DNA of 64,000 bases from Eledone cirrhosa (taxonomy: Eukaryota), in assembly GCA_964016885.1 (NCBI GenBank), contig OZ024742.1:278318001-278382000 (forward strand), written 5' to 3'. The number at the start of each line of letters is the position of its first letter. The stretch's first letter is position 1. The position numbers were made by a program, and so were the translations under genes. Under the pieces are notes generated by a model, which saw only the letters and a program-made list of their open reading frames with translations, was not told the DNA's origin and made no database searches. Of this stretch, positions 57,211 through 64,000 are shown in pieces.

Positions 57211-58047
57211 GTAACAATAAAGAAAGACAAAAAAGCAAGCAAGCAAGAAAGGAAGACAGAAAGAAACAAAAAGAAAGAATGAAAGGAGGGAAGAAAGAAA
57301 GAAGGGAAGAAAAAGAAAGAAAGAGAAGAAGAAAGAAAGAAAGAAAATAGAAGCCGGTCATCAGATCAGACCAAGGAGACATTGTTTCCATTGGTCTTTC
57401 CATTGCTTAAACTAGCTGTCGGTTGCAATATAGCTTCTATTTCTGGTAAAGGATTTTTTGATCAGCAGTGATGTTGATACGGCTATGTACTGTCACTACT
57501 ACTACCGCGGCTGTTAATGCGGTTGATACTGCTGCTGTTGTTGCTGTTATGCTAATGCAACTGACATTACTGATGATGACGTCCCTGAACTATCATGTTT
57601 GTTTGTTTGTTGCGGTTACTGGCTGTATTTGCATTTGCAGCGGTTGTTACGCAGATGTTTTGGGTATTAAATTACAAAAGATTACCCGAAACTATCATAC
57701 GCTTATTCGAAACCTGTCAGCGTTCTTGTCTCTTTAACCCTTGATGCTATAACATTTCTCATCGATATTCCTCGTTGTGTGTGGACGAGCAAATTCCACA
57801 AACATTGTGGAGCCAGTATTCCTCCTTTTCTCTTGGTCTGCTAGAGAATCGAAAGACAAGCGAAATAAATCTATCACTCTATGGCGAACAGATTCTGCAG
57901 ATTTTGCAAAGAGATTCGCCTTTCTCAAACTTGATGTTAAAATAAATAAACCTTGGAACTGAACATATAAACTCTCATTGGTTTAAAGAGCAAACGATTC
58001 AGCTCAAAATTGTACAGTACCAACATACATAATTATATTTTCGATAT

Positions 58048-58850
58048 AATAATTGTTTCTACTTTTGGCACAAGGCTAGCAATTATCCAGTACATTACTG
58101 GTACTTTATTTTATCAACCCCATAAGGATGAAAGGAAATGTTAACCTCGGCGGGATTTGAACTCAGATCGTAAAGGGACGTAACTATGCTGGAAAGGATA
58201 TCCGACCCTCTACCGATACTGCCAATTCTGGTTTCTTATATAGGCACAAGGCTAGTAATTTCAGGGGAGGGGAAAGTCGATTAAATCGACCCCGGTGCAT
58301 TACTGGTGCTTTATTTTATCGACCCCGTAAGGATAAAAGGCAAAGTTAACTTTGGCGGGATTTGAACTCAGATCATAAAGGGTCACAACTCTATGTTGCA
58401 AAGAATGGCGTCCGATGCTCTACCGATTACTGGCAATCCACCGCCATTAACAATAATAATTGTTTCTTCTTTTTGGCACAAGACCAGCAATTACCCAGTG
58501 CATTACTGGTACTTTATTTTATCGACCCTGATGAAAGGAGGGTGTTAGAAGGTTGAAGGAGAAGGAATGACCCTAAGGACCTTTGGCCATTGGCTATGGC
58601 TCGCTGCTTTGGTGTAGTATCGGTAGAACATCTGCTAGAGTAAAAGCGTTACGAATAATAATAATAAGAATAATACTTGTTTCTACGTTAGGCACAAGGC
58701 CAGCAATTACCCAGTGCATTACTGGTACTTTATTTTATCGACCCCGTAAGGATGAAAGCAAAGTCAACCTCGGCGGGATTTGAACTCAGATCGTAAAGGG
58801 ACGTAACTATGCTGGAAAGCATGGCGTCCGACCCTTTACCGATACTGCCA
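58048..58850 (-). mobile_element. Cluster of four SINE family A copies
   Basis: 58048-58225, 58228-58445, 58452-58530 (partial) and 58670-58850, all in the same orientation. Confidence 0.92.
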
Positions 58851-59123
58851 ATAATATTAATGATTTCTCATTTAGACCACAAGCCCAGAAACTTGGGAGA
58901 TTAAATTGACATCAATCATATTATTGGTGCTGAATTTTACTGTAGGATGAATATCAAAATTAATCCAGACCTAATTTGAACATAAAATCTAAATAATCGG
59001 AATAAAAACAGCAAAGTACTTTATCTGACACTCTAACAATTCTAACAGGAATTGTGAAATTCTATAAAAATTGACTTTTCTCACAATTCTAATTATATAT
59101 ATATACCACTATAATTCTTATTC

Positions 59124-59260
59124 CGGCGGTGAATTGGCAGAGTCGTTAGAACGTCGGATAGAATGCTTTGTGGTATTTGTTCCGGCTCTCTCAGTTCAAA
59201 TACCACCGCGATCAATTTTACCTTTCATCGATAAAGTATCAGTCTAGTACGGGGGTCGAT
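59124..59260 (+). mobile_element. Diverged family A-like SINE
   Basis: ggcggtgaattggcagagtcgttaga...agttcaaataccacc. Confidence 0.7.
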
Positions 59261-59761
59261 TCTTCCTCTATATCTCTTTCTCGTTTCTTCTCTCTCACTT
59301 TCTATTTTTCTCTGGAAGAAATCTGCTGTACTCAGGTCTGGAGAATGATGGGCTCCACGAGGCTTAAAATGCCCAAGGATTGCCGTATGTGAATACGGCG
59401 CCCCTACGACTCTATCAGGATTTACGGGGTCATACATACATACATATTTCTTATATACATAACCACTAACAAATCGATGTTCAATACTAAGTAATACCTG
59501 AAAACTATACACTACTTTTTGTAAATACTGTACTCAATATGGCCCCACATATGCAGGTAGTTGCAAGAAATTAATCACCAACACTTGCAACCACTCATAA
59601 GTAATTACCTGGCATGGGATTGTATAATATGACCCGAAGAACAAGTAACAATAATATTATTGTCTAATTCAGGCACAATACCAGCACTTACTTAACTGGT
59701 AAAATTGATCACAGAGCGGTCTGAACTCACAAAGTCAATGTAATGCCCTCGTACACACACA

Positions 59762-59840
<79 letters not shown>

Positions 59841-59981
59841 ACACACACACAGGTACACACCCAGGCACAGACACACAAATCCGTCTACCGCGAAGCTACA
59901 GTAAAAGACACTTCAGTGGGACTTAACTAGTAGGCACGTGGTTGCAAAACTGACTTGTGCGCCGATGAAAGAAGATGCAGG

Positions 59982-60095
<114 letters not shown>

Positions 60096-60319
60096 CAATA
60101 TGTGTCAATAATGGTAGCTATATAATAGAAACTGTGTCTATATGGCAATGATTATGAGATACTGTGAGGTGAGAGTATATAATCGAGTTTATATTTATAT
60201 GAGTGCATAGGTCTTTGAGCTTGTATATATATAATCACAAGGATATAATAGGATTAAGTATGCTTTTATAGATGTATTTATTTCATTGGTTTCAGTGAAT
60301 GTCTGGGCATCAGCATCAA

Positions 60320-60394
<75 letters not shown>

Positions 60395-60428
60395 TTGCAC
60401 CTCTCTCGCTCTTTCTCTTCTCCCTCTC

Positions 60429-60491
<63 letters not shown>

Positions 60492-60589
60492 TGAGAAAGA
60501 GAGAAACGGAAAAATGGACCGATATATTTGCACACACACACACACGCGCGCGCCGTGCATATATATATATATATATATACATGTAAACT

Positions 60590-60704
<115 letters not shown>

Positions 60705-60894
60705 GACTCTGTATGTAATGTCGCGCTCTTACTTTGATAATACACTATAGAGCAAGATAACTGCATTAAGTAATGCTATTTGATTATATAATTCAGTACA
60801 GTTAAGCTAGATTTTTCCTAACATTACCAGCACATTAATTCACTCTACTACATCCTCTTCTCCTCCTACTCATCCCTAATATAAATAATGCTTA

Positions 60895-61130
60895 TAATAA
60901 TAATAATGGTTTCTTTATTAACCACAAGGGTTGACATAAAACATAACATTAAGGATACCATAGGACGGTAGAAATGGTCATTTCTGCGTTAAAAACAAGT
61001 GTTACTCGTGGAGAAAGTGCACAAAAAAGCCACGGAGACCCTGAGTACCAGGGTAAGTTCCCTTTCCCAGTTTTTCACCTCCAATCTATAGACGCATACT
61101 CAGAGCAGGCCCAATAATATTGATAAACAA
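60895..61130 (-). mobile_element. Probable L1/Tx1-type 3' UTR with (TTA)n tail
   Basis: Minus strand cccttgtggttaataaagaaaccattattatt resembles the Tx1 end cccttgtggctaataa. Confidence 0.5.
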
Positions 61131-61289
61131 ACAAATCTCAGCATGGCATAGGTCGCCTACCAAAATGTGTTTGATGCTGTTCCCCATGCATGGATACTGA
61201 ACACACCTGCCAGCAGAACAAACAATAAGAACATTTATTGAGCATACCATGAGTAAGTGACAAACATTTCGGCAAATAGAAACGAAAGG

Positions 61290-62200
61290 TGAAAGGATAA
61301 AAAGCTGTGGCTACCCAATCAACAGAGGAATATTTCAAGGATTCCATATCACCGATGATCTTCTGCTTAACATTAGCACCATTAACTGCGACACTAAACG
61401 GAACTGGATTAGGGTATCAATCCTACAAGAAAATCATTCGTCTTCTGTATATGGATGTTCTAAAATTGTATGCTGCAAACAAAAGACATCTAAAACGCTT
61501 CTACTTACAGTATATGGATTCACAAAAGAAAGATGGAATTTAGACTAGAAACATATGCTAAAGCTACTATGAAGAGAGGAAACTAATGAAAAACACTTAT
61601 GACATTCTTGATAAAGAAATTGAGATAAGAGATTTAGATGAAAGACATACATATATTTAGGAATCAACGAATTAGATAGGGTTCAATATACATAAATGAA
61701 AGTGAAGATTAGAAAGGAATACTACAGATGGATTAGATTAGTACTTAAACCTGAATGCTTCAAGGAATAAGGTAATTAGCATCAATACCCTAGCGATCCC
61801 AGTAGTAAGCTACAATTTGAATATTCCGAACTGGTCACTAAAAGAACTAGCTGGAATATATAGAAAAAACACGAAAAACAATGACAGCATTTAGAATACA
61901 CCATCCAAAATCAGATGTCGAAAGGTTATGCTTACCACGAACTCACGCAGGAAGCGGTCTTAAGCAACTAGAAAACCTTTATAAAATAACTATTAGTGAA
62001 CTACAAAAATATCTAATGAACAACAAAGGAACGTTAATAGAAATAGCTACAAAACATGAACAAAACAAAACATTGTACTCAGTTTTCAAGGAGGCCAATA
62101 AATTAAAAGTAGAAACCCGATTAACAGATAGCTGTGCGGGAAATACAAACAAACAAGAAACAACAACAAAAACTATGAAAACCTTAAAATCCAAACTGAA
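61290..62200 (+). mobile_element. R4/Dong-like non-LTR retrotransposon fragment
   Basis: FQGDSISPMIFCLTLAPL-like segment, LLYMDVLKLYA, INTLAIPVVSY, HHPKSDVERLCLPRTHAGSGL. Confidence 0.85.
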
Positions 62201-62214
62201 GTAAAGGAACGTTC

Positions 62215-63560
62215 TTCGATTCATGAAATTGAAAGATTTTGCAAAACAGTATGGAGTACAGAGAAATCCCATAATGCGAATGCAGAATGAATAAAGAACA
62301 TGAAAGAAACACAATAATTGAGAAATGCAGACTTGGTAAGACATAACTATGGAACAACTGGAGATGGCCCTAAAAAATGGCAACAAATGGAAATCTAGCA
62401 TTGATTAAGTGCCAAACCTCTGATAATCTTTTTTAACTGTACCAGAGATACGTTAGTAAAATGAGCAGAAACGTTGTCGCCGTGGGACCAATTTCTCATT
62501 AACCGTATGATTCTGGAAAACTGTCAGAAGAAGCATAGAAGTTTGAGGAATCTCTTGGATTGAGTTTAAAATTGAATTTGATAGTGTTCCCCACTCATGG
62601 ATTTTGAAAACTTTGGATGTTGTGAAATGTTCTCCAGTAATATCAAACCTCCTGAAATACATGTGTGTATGGAATACAAACCTATCTCCACCACAGTGAT
62701 GGAACTATGAATTCCAGCAGCATAAGTATTAACTGTTTTATATTTCAAGGTGGTACGTTTCCTCCTCTGATATTTTTCATTGCACTCACACTGTTGTCTT
62801 TAACGCTCATCAAAGCAATAAATGGCTACAAAATAGAAAGAATAACCATAAATCACCTGTTTTATATACAAGCCAAAAATAAAAGTGAATACGAAGGATT
62901 GTTGAAAACAATTGAGGTGTTCAGTGGTGATGTAAGGATGGAATTTGGATTGAATAAATGCACCAAAGCAACAGTCAAGAAAGACAGAATAACAAGCACA
63001 AGTTCATTGGAAATAGATGTGAAGGAACTAGAAAAGGAACAAACCTACCGATATCTAAAGATCAATAACAACAGCAGAGTATACATCATGTCAGCCTGAA
63101 AGAGTGAATCAGAAAAGAATGCTATCGGAGAGTACGAGCTGACTTGAAAACAACTCATCCCAAATAATAAAACATCTAATATAAATGCGCTTGCAAGCCC
63201 AATTGCCACCCATAGTTTCAATATCAGAAATTGGAACGTTAATGAAATAAAGAAAATGGACACAAAATTAAGGAAATTTCTGACCTACATAACCCAAAAG
63301 CAGATATGCATATGTCTCTATCTCTCTAGACAAAACGAAGATAGAGGAATGATTCAATTTGAACTGTCATTCAAAATATGAACCATTGGCGTCGAACAAT
63401 ACCTTAAAACTACAGATGACTGGATGGTGAACATATGTTGCAGTTCATGAAATGAAAAAGAGGTTACACTTAATCACAAAGGAAAGTAGAAAGTTTGCGG
63501 AAGAATTGGCAATATATTCTGAAAATGATGGCGACTCTGCAATTAAAGCTGCAGAGGAGA
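62215..63560 (+). mobile_element. Second R4/Dong-like fragment
   Basis: FDSVPHSWI, IFQGGTFPPLIFFIAL, INHLFY, DVRMEFGLNKC, INALASPI, LYLSRQNEDRGMIQ; many stops. Confidence 0.85.
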
Positions 63561-63714
63561 TAAATATGTTAACAAAACACGAAGAGCAGCGGAAACTGTT
63601 CACTATCCACAATCGATCGACTTTCGTCAAATCGGACCGAGGAAACAATATTTTCGTTCGTCTTTCCAATTGCCAATACTATCTATCGGGCACAACTCCA
63701 GGTAGAACGAGCAA

Positions 63715-63822
63715 CGTGAAATAAAGTCTCTTGCTCAAGGACATAACGCATCATCCGGTCCAGGAATCGAACTCAGAACGTCACGATTGCTAATCCTATT
63801 TCTAACCACTCGACCACGCGCC
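63715..63822 (-). mobile_element. tRNA/CORE-like SINE head
   Basis: Minus strand ggcgcgtggtcgagtggttag...gagttcgattcctgg...gtccttgagcaagagactttatttcacgttgctc. Confidence 0.75.
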
Positions 63823-64000
63823 TTTACTAAATGGGAGCAAAATGGGAGTAAAATCCACTGTATGGGCAGTATGTTCTCCGAAGTAAAGAACTTGATGTAG
63901 ATCAACCTCTAAACTATCAACGGCCATGGAGTTCTGCAGAGAGTGAGGGCTTCATTATGACTGCACAACACCAGTGTCTTTCAATGCGCAAATTCCAAAC

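Noticed and set aside
57734-57960. TTAA-CCCT piggyBac-like end
   Set aside because: No matching second TIR found and no clear transposase motif.

Overview
Repeat-saturated, AT-rich animal genomic DNA. The microsatellite load and the SINE/LINE families suggest an octopus or other coleoid cephalopod (inference). No host gene could be supported, and nearly all listed ORFs are microsatellite artefacts. Recognisable content: many tRNA-derived SINEs; decayed non-LTR retrotransposons (RTE, R4/Dong-like, HERO-like, CR1/Jockey-like, and a Tx1/L1 family sitting in (TATC)n); an internally deleted mariner; a piggyBac-type MITE; and two Penelope-like elements (RT plus C-terminal GIY-YIG) at 46-50 kb. The most notable signal is non-coding: about 15 type I hammerhead-ribozyme (HHR) motifs, intact, variant-core, half or decayed. 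Many lie in short (TA)n-flanked fold-back inserts built as (TA)n - inverted partial copy - sense body - (TA)n, the same layout as the 5' end of the second Penelope copy. One family has a ~434-bp HHR monomer with terminal redundancy and a circularly permuted second copy, so it is a candidate Penelope-mobilised retrozyme. The Penelope HHRs carry U3-A8 and A3-U8 versions of the conserved C3-G8 core pair. All alignments and folds were done by eye; repeat boundaries are approximate.
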